Origin: a virus
Lineage: Duplodnaviria; Caudoviricetes
Virus record (IMG/VR): IMGVR_UViG_3300011113_000545
Span: 1-52,322 of that record
Length of the DNA: 52,322 nt
Direction: 5' to 3' (one strand)
Each line of letters opens with the position of its first letter. The first letter of the stretch is position 1. This document shows positions 21,347-32,341 of this stretch, in pieces. Under the pieces are notes generated by a model. That model did not search any database. It saw only the letters and a program-made list of their open reading frames with translations, and was not told where the DNA came from. A program made the position numbers and the translations under genes.

Positions 21347-24045
21347 GCGATAACATTTATAATATTCTAAATAATTTTAATAAAGTAGCTCAGGAGCCTC
21401 AAAAGCCTGCTACACAATCACAACCTAAAGCTAAAACGCAGCTTCAAGAAAGCATGGATCACGTGCTAGCAGAGAAGTATATGGGATTTAAAAAGGCCGC
21501 CAGTGCTGATAAAAAATCAGGCGAAGGCGACTCATTACGTATTGGTTCAAACCTTCCACAAAGCGACACTGAAACATTTGGAATTGAACCAGGTAGAGGT
21601 TACAAGGTTAACACCCCCAAGGACTGGAAGCCCGGTGACAGACCACGTGCTATACAGCAACTTATTCCTACGCAAGATAAAAAAGACCACATTCGTAGCC
21701 GTTTAGGCAAACACAAAGCTCCAGTACTGCCAGAAGGTGAAGTTGAAGAAAGCGGATTACAAGCATACTTAGGCAATAAGAAGTATGGTAAAGACGGCAT
21801 GGATGCGTTACGCAAAGCAGGCCGTGATGGCGCCAGTAAAGAAAAAATGGCTAAAATCCGTGCCAAACACGACAAGATGGACGAAGCTGCTAAACCAGAT
21901 TATATTGATTTAGACAAAGATGGCAATAAAGCTGAGCCTATGAAAAAAGCTGCCAAAGATGCTAAGTCTAAAAAAGTACAAGAAGTTGCACCTCCAGGAG
22001 CCAAAGCAGAACGCATGGTCAAGCATATCAAGAAGGGATATGCCAAAGACGGAAAAGTGACGCCCAAAGAGAAATCTATTGCTTATGCCACAGCATGGAA
22101 AGCACACAATAAAGGTAAAGTAGAAGAAGCAATTAGAGCCATGTATGAAGCTGGATTTAGTAAAGAGCAGATCATCGAAGGGTGGGATGACATGATGAAG
22201 GCTGTTGAAAAACGAAGTAAAGATAAAGGCACTGGAAAATTTGACAAGAAACAAATTTCCACAGGCACTGTTTATACTCGTAAATATGATCCAAAAACTG
22301 GCGAAACCGATGACAGTGAAAATGTAACAGCAGTTAAACGTGGTCGTGGACGTCCTAAAAAGTCTACGTTTGAAAGTTCTACTACTGCCAATAAAATGAT
22401 TGCTGAACATTTCAGAGAACTGATAGAAGGCAGTATTCAAGGTGGAGTCTGGACATCTAATCCTCCAAAGAAAGGACAGCCCGATGTACCAGTTCCACAA
22501 AATCCAGATGGGGGAAGTGTAAATCCTGCACCAAAACCTAAAGCGACTCAGAGCCCGCAAAAACCACAACCTACTCCACCGATGGGATCTATTAAAGGTG
22601 GAGTATGGACAGCCGAGCCACCGAAGCCAGGCGAAAAAGGTGTGCCAGTCCCAGTGCCGGTCGACGAAAATCGACCACCTGAATTCGACATGGGCGCAGG
22701 TAAACCTGCTGTTAAAATGCCTAGAACTAGAACATATGAACCAGAACCTGAATTCAGTATGGGCGCAGGTAAACCAGCACCAACAGCTCCACCGTCTGCA
22801 GCTAATATGATAGGACAGGCCATTGGCGGCACCGCAGGTATGATCTCTGCCGCACCTAGGGCAATGGCAAGTCTATCTTTTTCTCCGCCTAATTCTTCAA
22901 ATAAAGAAAAACAATCAGGCGGAGATTCACAAAGTTTTAAAGGGGGTATTAAAAAGGGATGGGATGACACTAACCCAGTAGAATTGTTTAAACGGATGAA
23001 TGCTACTAACGAAGACCAGCCCAACAAAACTGACTCAGCTGACATGGAAGAAGGCAATGAATTTAGTGGTGCTTTAGATGCTGCCAGAGATGCAGGCGAA
23101 AAGACATTTAAAGTAAATGGCAAAACTTATCCTGTCAAAGAAGGCCAAGAACTATTACAAATGCTTCGCATTGCTGGTATCAAAGTAATGGAAGATACAA
23201 AAGTTGACGAAGACGACATGGAAGAAGGCAACGAATTTTCTGGTGAGTTAGCAAAAGCAAAAGCAGCGGGCGCCAAAGAATTTAAAGTAGACGGTAAAAC
23301 TTATCCTGTCAAAGAAGATGCTCAACTCGATGAATGCGGTATGAGCTCAATGGGTAACGGTATGATGGGACAAGATGAACAAGAAGGCAAAATGAATATT
23401 AATACTAGTATGGACAGTGATGGACATAAAAGTGTTACCGTTAGCGCCGACGGCAATGCTGCTCTTGAACTAATGCAAATGCTAAAGCTAGCAGGCATGG
23501 GCGGCAGCGAAATGTCTCGGGAACAGCCACAGGGTGTTATGGTTGTTAGTACAGGAGATGACGAAGAAGAATTAAGTGAAAGAATGCCTTTACCTAATCT
23601 AGGACCTGATGGACAGCCCGATCCAGCCGATATGCAAAAATTGCAACAAGCAAGAGCCAGCCGCGAGCAAATGAGTCAAGAGTTGACAAAACAGCAGGCA
23701 TGGAATACTGCTAAACCAGAAACTTTAAAACCTTCAACCTCAACTCCAGCCGCTCCAGCGTCAATGGAAGTTCCAACTCCAAGACTTCCACAAAAGCCAG
23801 TGGATGTTCCTGAAGAAAAAGAAGTAGATGAAGCCAAAGACGAGCGTTATCATGCAAATACTACTCCTGAAGAACATGTAATGCCTGTACAAGTACAAAC
23901 AAAAGGCGGTGACGGTGACGTTGCCGGCAGAGAAAAGAAAATGACTCCTCATGGTTATCAATTTGGTGACAATCCTCAAGCTATGAAAGAAAGCATGAGT
24001 TTGAAACTGATTAAAGAATACGAAGCTATTAAGGTGAAAAAATGA
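21343..24045 (+). CDS. large internal head protein/polyprotein with internal repeats
   Basis: 900 aa, low complexity, many [ILVM]xE motifs and duplicated modules. Confidence 0.6.
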   Translation: MSDNIYNILNNFNKVAQEPQKPATQSQPKAKTQLQESMDHVLAEKYMGFKKAASADKKSGEGDSLRIGSNLPQSDTETFGIEPGRGYKVNTPKDWKPGDRPRAIQQLIPTQDKKDHIRSRLGKHKAPVLPEGEVEESGLQAYLGNKKYGKDGMDALRKAGRDGASKEKMAKIRAKHDKMDEAAKPDYIDLDKDGNKAEPMKKAAKDAKSKKVQEVAPPGAKAERMVKHIKKGYAKDGKVTPKEKSIAYATAWKAHNKGKVEEAIRAMYEAGFSKEQIIEGWDDMMKAVEKRSKDKGTGKFDKKQISTGTVYTRKYDPKTGETDDSENVTAVKRGRGRPKKSTFESSTTANKMIAEHFRELIEGSIQGGVWTSNPPKKGQPDVPVPQNPDGGSVNPAPKPKATQSPQKPQPTPPMGSIKGGVWTAEPPKPGEKGVPVPVPVDENRPPEFDMGAGKPAVKMPRTRTYEPEPEFSMGAGKPAPTAPPSAANMIGQAIGGTAGMISAAPRAMASLSFSPPNSSNKEKQSGGDSQSFKGGIKKGWDDTNPVELFKRMNATNEDQPNKTDSADMEEGNEFSGALDAARDAGEKTFKVNGKTYPVKEGQELLQMLRIAGIKVMEDTKVDEDDMEEGNEFSGELAKAKAAGAKEFKVDGKTYPVKEDAQLDECGMSSMGNGMMGQDEQEGKMNINTSMDSDGHKSVTVSADGNAALELMQMLKLAGMGGSEMSREQPQGVMVVSTGDDEEELSERMPLPNLGPDGQPDPADMQKLQQARASREQMSQELTKQQAWNTAKPETLKPSTSTPAAPASMEVPTPRLPQKPVDVPEEKEVDEAKDERYHANTTPEEHVMPVQVQTKGGDGDVAGREKKMTPHGYQFGDNPQAMKESMSLKLIKEYEAIKVKK

Positions 24046-24725
24046 AAATACGTGACGTCATTGTAGAAAACAATATTGAACTAGGCGACAGTTTTGATAT
24101 CGAGTTAGGTAATATAGTTATTGAAACCGGCGTAGTTGGCTTTATGCACGATGGCGTCATCGTCGAAGCTGATGCAAAAACACTGGCATTACTAAATGTT
24201 AGTGGAGCATTACTTGAATCTGTTGGTCAATTTACTAATGTAACAGAAGGTAGAATGGCCGAAGTTGATGCTGTATTTCAAAATTTAGCAAACGGTACTA
24301 TGGATATCTATGATGTTATGAACAATCCGCAGGATGCAGTTCAGAAATATGTATCTGAAAAATTACAAGATATGTACGACAACATTTCTATAGACCATCG
24401 TTTACACCCAGACGACGATTTTGAACAAATCATTGACATTATGGCAGGACAACTAGCAGATGATTACGGCACCGGCGAAATGCAAGAAGCCAAATATCAA
24501 GGTCGTGAAGTTGCATTAGGCAAGCCCATGCAAGGTGATGTTAAAAAATCTAAAGTATATGTCCGGGGCCCAAAAGGTAATGTAGTCAAAGTAAATTTTG
24601 GCGACAAAAAGATGAAAATTAAAAAATCGAATCCTAAGCGTCGTAAAAGTTTTAGAGCACGCCATAATTGCGCTAATCCCGGTCCTAGATGGAAAGCTCG
24701 TTATTGGTCCTGCCGTGCTTGGTAA
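24042..24725 (+). CDS. hypothetical phage protein with basic C-terminal domain
   Basis: MKIRDVIVE N-terminus; C-terminal KVNFGD...RRKSFRARHNC...ARYWSC. Confidence 0.7.
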   Translation: MKIRDVIVENNIELGDSFDIELGNIVIETGVVGFMHDGVIVEADAKTLALLNVSGALLESVGQFTNVTEGRMAEVDAVFQNLANGTMDIYDVMNNPQDAVQKYVSEKLQDMYDNISIDHRLHPDDDFEQIIDIMAGQLADDYGTGEMQEAKYQGREVALGKPMQGDVKKSKVYVRGPKGNVVKVNFGDKKMKIKKSNPKRRKSFRARHNCANPGPRWKARYWSCRAW

Positions 24726-24728
24726 TAT

Positions 24729-25112
24729 ATGAAAATTAAAGATATTATTTTAGAGGATAAAGTAGGAGAGGTTCCTCCTCGTCTACAACAAGCCACTGTA
24801 GGAATGGATAAATTTCGCGATGCTCAATTTGCCGACAGGGTATACGAATTAAATCGTGTAATGATGGCAGTGGCCGCAGCAGATGGAATAAACCCATTAG
24901 CACCTGAAGTAGATGCAGAATCTTGGGCTGGCAGAAATAATTTAGCTTTTCCTTATACTCCTGAAGAACAAGAAATGTTAAAAGCAGCTTTCGGTGTAGT
25001 AGGCAGTCACTATGAAGATCTAAATAACGGTGATTTAAAAAGTCGCGAACTTAACAGTACAAATAAAGTCAGTCCAGTAGCCAAACCTAAAAAGAACAAG
25101 TATGGCGTATAA
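24729..25112 (+). CDS. hypothetical virion protein
   Basis: MKIKDIILE N-terminus. Confidence 0.65.
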   Translation: MKIKDIILEDKVGEVPPRLQQATVGMDKFRDAQFADRVYELNRVMMAVAAADGINPLAPEVDAESWAGRNNLAFPYTPEEQEMLKAAFGVVGSHYEDLNNGDLKSRELNSTNKVSPVAKPKKNKYGV

Positions 25113-25321
25113 TGGACGAAATTCAAGAACTTAAAATGCTTGCCGGAATCGGCAATCGCCCTAAATGGACTACTTATAAAGGGCACCCTGGTAGTAATAT
25201 AAGTGTCACAGGAAATGAAAAAGCCCAGTTGATGCGTAAACACGACATCAAACCGGGCACTGACGCTTGGTTCAAACTTTGGTTCAGTAAACCTTATCTA
25301 ACAGGTGAGAAACCTATCTAA
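25112..25321 (+). CDS. hypothetical protein
   Basis: Coupled start; ELKMLAGI and IKPGT..WFKLWF motifs. Confidence 0.65.
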   Translation: MDEIQELKMLAGIGNRPKWTTYKGHPGSNISVTGNEKAQLMRKHDIKPGTDAWFKLWFSKPYLTGEKPI

Positions 25322-25842
25322 GACTTTGGCTTAAGTCCCAAATATTGATACCAGCTATCATGTCGTACTTGCACAGGCCGCTCCCTCCATTTCTTGATTA
25401 ATTGGAAATGGTCAGGCTTGTAGGGTTGACGCAGTGGCTTGATCAATTTATGCCCTTTTTTATGGTTACAGTCGCGGCATGCAGTTACTGAATTCTCCCA
25501 AGTAGTTTTTCCTCCTTGAGCACGTGGGACCACGTGGTCTAGCGTAAGTTCTTTGTGTTCGAAAACTTCACCACAGTACTGACATTGGTACATGTCACGT
25601 AGGAACATGTTACTACGTGAAAACTTTGCCGACTTTTTAAAGTGAAAATATTCTTTGGTAACTGCAACACAGGGCACATTCATACTGAAATTTTCACTAC
25701 GAATTACCCAGTCTTCGTATTCTTCAACCACAGTGATGCGATCCAAGAAGTAAAGTTTGACAGCATGTTGCCAACCTATAACACTCAGAGGTAAAACTGA
25801 AATTGGATTGTAGTCGCTGTTCAGCAGCAGTACATCAGACAT
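25318..25842 (-). CDS. HNH endonuclease (McrA-like)
   Basis: RD.Y.CQYCG..LTLDHVVPR..GG..W.N.V.AC..CN..K. Confidence 0.9.
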   Translation of the reverse strand: MSDVLLLNSDYNPISVLPLSVIGWQHAVKLYFLDRITVVEEYEDWVIRSENFSMNVPCVAVTKEYFHFKKSAKFSRSNMFLRDMYQCQYCGEVFEHKELTLDHVVPRAQGGKTTWENSVTACRDCNHKKGHKLIKPLRQPYKPDHFQLIKKWRERPVQVRHDSWYQYLGLKPKS

Positions 25843-25911
25843 TTTGAAATCTCACTGGTTAATTCAATAAATACTATTATGTAATATTTACTTATTTAGA
25901 GCAACCGAAAT

Positions 25912-27477
25912 ATGGCAAAACCTTTAGAAAATGTGCTGATAAAAAAGCCAAATATGCGGGAAAGCTACACCGAACAACAACTTCGAGAAGTTATTCAGTG
26001 TGCAGATCCTGTAACAGGTCCGCAATATTTTCTTGACAATTATTTTTACATTCAACATCCCACCAGGGGACGTATGCTCTATCGTCCTTTTGATTATCAA
26101 CGCAGGCTAGTAGACACTTATCATAATTATAGATACAGTATAAGTCTCATGCCTCGCCAAACAGGAAAATCCACTACGGCTGCAGGGTATTTGCTTTGGT
26201 ATGCTATGTTTGTGCCTGATAGCACGATTTTGGTAGCAGCACACAAATATACCGGATCCCAAGAAATTATGCAGCGTATTCGTTATGCATACGAAAGCGT
26301 GCCAGACTATATTCGAGCAGGAGTTACAAGTTACAACAAAGGCAGTATAGATTTTGACAACGGATCTCGTATAGTCAGCGCCACTACTACAGAAAATACA
26401 GGTCGTGGTATGAGTATATCATTACTATACTGCGACGAGTTTGCATTCGTTCGACCAACCATTGCCAGTGAATTTTGGACTTCTATTAGTCCTACATTAG
26501 CAACCGGCGGTAAATGTATCATCACCAGCACACCTAACAGCGACGAAGATCAATTTGCTCAAATTTGGAGGCAAGCAAACAAGTGCATCGATGAATACGG
26601 TAATGAAACTGAATTAGGTGTTAACGGTTTTAGAGCCTACAGAAGTAAATGGCAGGAACATCCAGATAGAGATGATGTGTGGGCAGCTGAAATGCGGGCC
26701 CAACTCGGGGAAGAACGTTTCCGCAGAGAAATGGAGTGCGAATTCATCATATATGATGAGACACTAATTAATCCTATTTTTCTAACAGAAATGGCTGGCA
26801 TCGATCCTTTAATAAAACAAGGTCAAGTACGTTGGTATAAAAAGCCCGAACAAGGAAACGTGTATATTGTTGCACTAGATCCTAGTTTAGGCACCGGCGG
26901 CGATCCAGCGGCGATCCAAGTACTTGAATTGCCTAGTATGAAACAAATAGCAGAATGGCAGCATAATAAAACACCAGTTCAAACTCAAATTAAAATTTTA
27001 TCTGAGATTACAAAAACCTTAGTCGAATCTACAAAATCTAACAATGATGTTTATTACAGTGTTGAAAACAATACCTTAGGTGAGGCTGCTTTGGTAGCTA
27101 TAAGTGAATTTGGTGAAGAAAATATTAAAGGTATGTTTTTAAGTGAGCCTAAAAAACAGGGATCTAGTAGAGTATACCGAAAAGGTTTCACTACTACCAA
27201 CAAATCAAAATTATCTGCTTGTGCTAAGTTAAAAAATTTAATCGAAACCAGAAAATTACACATTGCCAGTAAAGCTCTTGTAAGCGAATTAAAAACTTTT
27301 ATTGCATCAGGCAGCGGATATGCAGCGAAACTCGGGGAAACAGATGATTTGGTTATGTCGTTGATTCTCGCTGTCAGAATGGCAGTGTTCTTAAGAGAAT
27401 TTGACCCAAACTTGGACGAAAAACTAAAAGACGACAGGGACGACATAATAATGCCAATGCCCTTCATAATGATTTGA
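25912..27477 (+). CDS. terminase large subunit (T4 gp17-like)
   Basis: PRQTGKS Walker A, LLYCDEFAF Walker B, ITSTPN, C-terminal nuclease ALDPS, VENN, DDLVM. Confidence 0.95.
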   Translation: MAKPLENVLIKKPNMRESYTEQQLREVIQCADPVTGPQYFLDNYFYIQHPTRGRMLYRPFDYQRRLVDTYHNYRYSISLMPRQTGKSTTAAGYLLWYAMFVPDSTILVAAHKYTGSQEIMQRIRYAYESVPDYIRAGVTSYNKGSIDFDNGSRIVSATTTENTGRGMSISLLYCDEFAFVRPTIASEFWTSISPTLATGGKCIITSTPNSDEDQFAQIWRQANKCIDEYGNETELGVNGFRAYRSKWQEHPDRDDVWAAEMRAQLGEERFRREMECEFIIYDETLINPIFLTEMAGIDPLIKQGQVRWYKKPEQGNVYIVALDPSLGTGGDPAAIQVLELPSMKQIAEWQHNKTPVQTQIKILSEITKTLVESTKSNNDVYYSVENNTLGEAALVAISEFGEENIKGMFLSEPKKQGSSRVYRKGFTTTNKSKLSACAKLKNLIETRKLHIASKALVSELKTFIASGSGYAAKLGETDDLVMSLILAVRMAVFLREFDPNLDEKLKDDRDDIIMPMPFIMI

Positions 27478-27503
27478 TAACCTTTTAGCATAAATATAAT
27501 ACT

Positions 27504-28970
27504 ATGATTGAAATTGAAAAAGTAGCTGAAAATTTATTTGACAAGATTCGCAGCCGATTTGACTCTGTTAACATCGGGGACGAAAACGCTAAAGCCACAC
27601 TGGACCCTTCCTTGGCCAGATTTTTTAATTTCGATTATACTAAAGATGGCAAAGAGTTTGGAAACATAACAGTCAGTCTGGTGGATGACAACAATCTCAA
27701 AGTTTATTTTGATAAAGAGATCGATAAAGGCATGACCCCAGAAGAAAAAAAAGTATGGTATACTTTTTTAAAAAATTTAAGACTTTTTGCTAAAAGAAAT
27801 TTGTTAACTTTCGACATCAGAGACATTGCTAAAAGTGGATTAAATTTGCGAGATCTGAAACATGCTAATAAAAATGCAGAAGTATTGAACAAAGATGATA
27901 TCCGCGTAACAGAAAGTAAGCAATACGGAACAAGTCGCAGTAGTTATGAACTTTACGACAATGTAAAAATTATAGCCAGACACAGCAAGCCGATTGTAGA
28001 CGAAACTCGTCCCGGTGCAAGAAGCCGAAATATACAGGCATTCTACATCGAGAATTCCTTGGGCGAAAGATTTAGATTGCCCGAAGGCACTACATTTAAT
28101 GGTGCAAGAGCATACGCCCGCCACGTAAAAAACAATGGCGCAATACACGACGATTTTGGACAACATATAACTAAAATTATTAAAGAGATGTCGTCTTTGA
28201 AATTATTTGTTCGAAACATGCGTGGTAGGACATTTGAAGACATCGAAACGTCTCAGATGGTAGAAAGCGCCATTGATCATTATGGTAAATTACATCGAGA
28301 CTTATTTACTATACGAGGTCAGCGCGGGTACGAACAGTATAAATCATTGTGGCAACCAGAAATAATGGATGAGGACCAATTTGACATCGACGAACTTCGT
28401 GAACGATTTGTTCGCAAAGTATTTGATGACAGATTAATGGATGCATTGCCTGTGGTTCGCCGAGCATATATGCAAAGAAAAAATGCAGTGTCGGACGAAT
28501 TCGAATCATGGGCTAACGGTATAATTGAAAATATTGGTAATACTATAGACAATCAAAACAAAAAACATGCTAGCTTAAAGCTAGACGTTGAAGAAGACGC
28601 AGAGGATGACAACGGCAACACAGACAGCCCGTTTGCAAACAGCTTAACTTCGGCAGATTCGGATGGCAATGTAATAGACGGCGACGCAGAAGATGAACAA
28701 CTAGTTCAACTTTTTCAAGAGCATGGGTTCGAATTTAGATTCAGCGACGGGGTATATTATTTCGAAAGTCGAGAAGAACTAGAACGAGCCAAGGATATCA
28801 TAGCAGCATGGGATCCACATTTTGAATTCCCTCGTATGGGAGTTTATGAATATGGGTATGGCAGCTACGGAAGTACCACTGCTGATAGAGAAATTGGTAG
28901 CTATAGCAATGGTGTAATGGAAGAACTAGAAACCAATCTTCTCAAACAACTAGCTGGTATTACCAAATAA
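27504..28970 (+). CDS. hypothetical phage protein
   Basis: 488-aa ORF behind TAAATA; acidic C-terminus ending LKQLAGI. Confidence 0.75.
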   Translation: MIEIEKVAENLFDKIRSRFDSVNIGDENAKATLDPSLARFFNFDYTKDGKEFGNITVSLVDDNNLKVYFDKEIDKGMTPEEKKVWYTFLKNLRLFAKRNLLTFDIRDIAKSGLNLRDLKHANKNAEVLNKDDIRVTESKQYGTSRSSYELYDNVKIIARHSKPIVDETRPGARSRNIQAFYIENSLGERFRLPEGTTFNGARAYARHVKNNGAIHDDFGQHITKIIKEMSSLKLFVRNMRGRTFEDIETSQMVESAIDHYGKLHRDLFTIRGQRGYEQYKSLWQPEIMDEDQFDIDELRERFVRKVFDDRLMDALPVVRRAYMQRKNAVSDEFESWANGIIENIGNTIDNQNKKHASLKLDVEEDAEDDNGNTDSPFANSLTSADSDGNVIDGDAEDEQLVQLFQEHGFEFRFSDGVYYFESREELERAKDIIAAWDPHFEFPRMGVYEYGYGSYGSTTADREIGSYSNGVMEELETNLLKQLAGITK

Positions 28971-29127
28971 CTTGAATTCTATCTCTGGCACAGTTATACT
29001 TTAATTGTGCTAAACAAAAATTTCACTTTTAGTGTTGACAGACTAAATACAATTGTTATATACTGCAACGGTGCAGTATGTATCTAGGCACAACAAAGAC
29101 CATCTTAAATCATATAGGAGAAACATT

Positions 29128-30117
29128 ATGGCAACATCTTTAGCAGAAATTCGCGCAAAATTGCAAGCGCAGGAAAGCAAAGGCCAAGGCGGCCAATCAG
29201 GCGGTGACAATGGCATTTATGCCCATTGGAACATCCCAGAAGGTACTACAGCTCGTGTACGATTCCTTCCAGATGCAAATACCAAAAACACTTTTTTCTG
29301 GGTCGAACGACTAATGATTAAACTGCCATTCGCGGGTATCAAAGGCCAGGTAGACAGCAAGCCAACATTCGTACAAGTTCCTTGTGTTGAAATGTGGGGC
29401 GAAGCATGTCCAATCTTGGCAGAAGTGCGTACTTGGTTCAAAGACAAAAGTCTTGAAGAAATGGGTCGTAAATATTGGAAGAAGAAATCTTATCTATTCC
29501 AAGGTTTTGTTCGCGATAATCCATTGAGTGACGACAAGTCAACTGACAATCCGATCCGTCGTTTTATTATTAGCCCTCAGATTTTTAATCTGGTAAAAAA
29601 TGCACTCATGGATCCAGAGTTGGAAAATCTTCCCACCGACTACGAAGGTGGTCTTGACTTCAATATCAAGAAAACCAGTAAAGGCGGATACGCTGATTAC
29701 AACACCAGTACTTGGGCTCGTAAAGAAAGTGCTCTGACTCAAGCCGAACTTGAAGCAGTAGAAAAGTTTGGATTGTATAATCTGGCAGACTTTTTGCCCA
29801 AAAAGCCCAGTGATGCTGAACTAAAAATCATCAAAGAAATGTTCGAAGCCAGTGTAAACGGTGAACCCTTTGACGCAGACAAATGGAGTGCTTATTACAA
29901 GCCAGCTGGAATGGCTGCTACTGCTAGTAGCAGTAAATCCGATGACGATCATGCATCTGTTGCGAAACCTGTAGCTCGTCCGGCACCTGCGGCAACACAG
30001 GATGATCCTCCTTTCGAAGTGGACGAGCCAGAAGTCACTGCACCAGTAGCAGCAGCTAAACCTGCTAGTCAACGTGCTGAGGATATTTTGGCAATGATTC
30101 GTAATCGTCAAAAGTAA
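29128..30117 (+). CDS. single-stranded DNA-binding protein (T4 gp32-like)
   Basis: VRFLPD, C..W...CP, YWKKKSY, G.DF.IKK..GGYADY..S, acidic tail; SD AGGAG before ATG 29128. Confidence 0.9.
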   Translation: MATSLAEIRAKLQAQESKGQGGQSGGDNGIYAHWNIPEGTTARVRFLPDANTKNTFFWVERLMIKLPFAGIKGQVDSKPTFVQVPCVEMWGEACPILAEVRTWFKDKSLEEMGRKYWKKKSYLFQGFVRDNPLSDDKSTDNPIRRFIISPQIFNLVKNALMDPELENLPTDYEGGLDFNIKKTSKGGYADYNTSTWARKESALTQAELEAVEKFGLYNLADFLPKKPSDAELKIIKEMFEASVNGEPFDADKWSAYYKPAGMAATASSSKSDDDHASVAKPVARPAPAATQDDPPFEVDEPEVTAPVAAAKPASQRAEDILAMIRNRQK

Positions 30118-30138
30118 TAAAAATCTTTTGATTGATCT

Positions 30139-31032
30139 ATGCGAATTAAGCTAGTGTTCGAGCACAGCGGGGACGAACTAGAGTTCGTCCCTATTAATCA
30201 TGAAGTTGTGGAATATTATCTTGATCATTTGGATAAAAATAATCTTAATGACTTCTCGACATACGATTCAACCTATAACTATATTTCTCGAACCATCAAT
30301 GAATTACAGAAGTCGATTAGTGTTTCAAACGAGTTTATACAAAAATTAACTGGCAAAAAGTTCGATGAGTATTCAGAATTCGAATGTCTTGATCAGTATG
30401 TTTTAAACAAGATACACTCGCAATGGGTTAATATCCAAACCGTTAATTATAGTATTCAAGAATACAGAAGTAATGGCAATTGTTCAAAAAATAACGAGAT
30501 AGATGAAAAATTACATCACGGGTTGCCAGATGAAATATCAGTAATACCACTGTTTCAATGTTTGAATATATTAGAATTATCACACACATATCTTCAAATT
30601 AACGAAAATGTGCATATTCTTGAAGAGTCTTTCAACTCCATTAAATTTTTCAATGGCAGTCATTTTTCTATCTCGAATCCTTTCTCTAAGTTTTTGTTAT
30701 CTAACGATATTTGTAGTTTAAGGATAGCATTTAATCATCGTGGAAGAACTCTGTATAATAAGTTTCTCAACTTCGATGATAAATTAGAGCATCGAGACGA
30801 AAACTCTTATGATCAGTTGCTAGGGTTTGTTAGTTTGCATTTATGTCGCCCGCAAACTATTAATCTAAGTTCGGAATATGTAAATTGGTGTAAGGAACGA
30901 AATGTAATTCCGTCTGGAAACTTTTTAAATATCGGAAATCTAGTAGATATTCAAAATAAATTAACTGAATATAGACAGGTTGTATATAGAAATCTTAAAA
31001 ACAACAACAAATTTAAATTATTAAAAGGATAA
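30139..31032 (+). CDS. hypothetical protein
   Basis: 297-aa AT-rich ORF inserted between the gp32-like gene and uvsX. Confidence 0.7.
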   Translation: MRIKLVFEHSGDELEFVPINHEVVEYYLDHLDKNNLNDFSTYDSTYNYISRTINELQKSISVSNEFIQKLTGKKFDEYSEFECLDQYVLNKIHSQWVNIQTVNYSIQEYRSNGNCSKNNEIDEKLHHGLPDEISVIPLFQCLNILELSHTYLQINENVHILEESFNSIKFFNGSHFSISNPFSKFLLSNDICSLRIAFNHRGRTLYNKFLNFDDKLEHRDENSYDQLLGFVSLHLCRPQTINLSSEYVNWCKERNVIPSGNFLNIGNLVDIQNKLTEYRQVVYRNLKNNNKFKLLKG

Positions 31033-31037
31033 ACATT

Positions 31038-32105
31038 ATGGCAAATAAACCATTTGACTTAAGCAAATTTAGAAAAAGTATTACAAAAAGCATTGACGGC
31101 ATCAGCGTGGGATTCAGGGATCCTGACACATGGATTTCTACAAACAACTATGCACTAAATTATCTTATCAGCGGAGACTTTAACAAGGGAATCCCCATGG
31201 GCAAGGTTACTGTATTTGCAGGAGAATCCGGCGCAGGTAAGAGTTTTATTTGTTCCGGCAATCTTGTTAAAAACGCCCAACAGCAAGGCATTTATGTTAT
31301 CTTAATTGACACTGAAAATGCACTAGATGAAGCATGGTTACACGCCCTTGGCGTTGATACATCAGAAGATAAACTATTAAAGCTGAACATGGCAATGATT
31401 GATGATGTTGCTAAAATGATCAGCGAATTTGTTAAAGAATATAAAACATTACCAGAAGCAGAAAGACCCAAGGTGTTATTTGTGTTAGACAGTTTGGGGA
31501 TGTTGCTAACACCCACTGATGTTAATCAATTTGATGCAGGTGACCTTAAAGGTGACATGGGTCGAAAACCCAAAGCTCTAACTGCCTTAGTTCGTAACTG
31601 TGTTAATATGTTTGGTGATTTGAATATTGGACTCGTTGCAACGAATCATACTTACGCTAGCCAGGACATGTTTGATCCCGACGATAAAATTTCAGGCGGC
31701 CAAGGCTTTATCTATGCAAGCTCAATTGTTGTTGCTATGCGTAAACTTAAACTTAAAGAGGACGAAGACGGCAACAAAATCAGCGAAGTTAAAGGTATTC
31801 GTGCCAGCTGCAAGATTATGAAAACTCGTTACGCCAAACCTTTTGAAAGTGTACAGGTTAAAATTCCCTATGAAACTGGTATGAATCCTTATAGCGGTCT
31901 GGTTGATATGTTTGAAGCTAAAGGTTTATTATCCAAAGAAGGCAATAGCCTTAAATATACTCTAGCAGACGGCGTAGTTATTAAACAATTTCGTAAAGCA
32001 TGGGAGCGAAACGAAAATAACAGTTTAGATAACGTAATGGCGGATTATATTAAAAATCCCCATCAAAAATTGTCTGTTGAAGATGAACAGGAAATCGAAG
32101 AATGA
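31038..32105 (+). CDS. uvsX: RecA-like recombinase UvsX
   Basis: AGESGAGKS Walker A, IDTENA, VLDSLG, SGG.G..YASS. Confidence 0.92.
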   Translation: MANKPFDLSKFRKSITKSIDGISVGFRDPDTWISTNNYALNYLISGDFNKGIPMGKVTVFAGESGAGKSFICSGNLVKNAQQQGIYVILIDTENALDEAWLHALGVDTSEDKLLKLNMAMIDDVAKMISEFVKEYKTLPEAERPKVLFVLDSLGMLLTPTDVNQFDAGDLKGDMGRKPKALTALVRNCVNMFGDLNIGLVATNHTYASQDMFDPDDKISGGQGFIYASSIVVAMRKLKLKEDEDGNKISEVKGIRASCKIMKTRYAKPFESVQVKIPYETGMNPYSGLVDMFEAKGLLSKEGNSLKYTLADGVVIKQFRKAWERNENNSLDNVMADYIKNPHQKLSVEDEQEIEE

Positions 32106-32332
32106 CAATTGACACAGAGTTATTGGGCGAAGTTTATTCGACACTTAAACAATATATACCTCAAAAAGATAGACAAGAAGCCAGCGATAATCTAATGAGT
32201 ATATTAGTTGACTTATTGGGTGACATAGAACTTAAAGAGTTCAGTGGTATTGACAGCTATACTAAACGTAGTTACGACGAATATGCCGGCAATCTATTAG
32301 ATGAAGAAGATCAGGACGATTACGAAGAGTAA
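32102..32332 (+). CDS. hypothetical protein
   Basis: Overlapping start/stop with uvsX; acidic. Confidence 0.65.
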   Translation: MTIDTELLGEVYSTLKQYIPQKDRQEASDNLMSILVDLLGDIELKEFSGIDSYTKRSYDEYAGNLLDEEDQDDYEE

Positions 32333-32341
32333 TAACTGAGT

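Noticed and set aside
21910-23123. Long minus-strand ORFs (219 and 191 aa)
   Set aside because: Antisense to the 900-aa gene, with no SD and no recognisable motifs.
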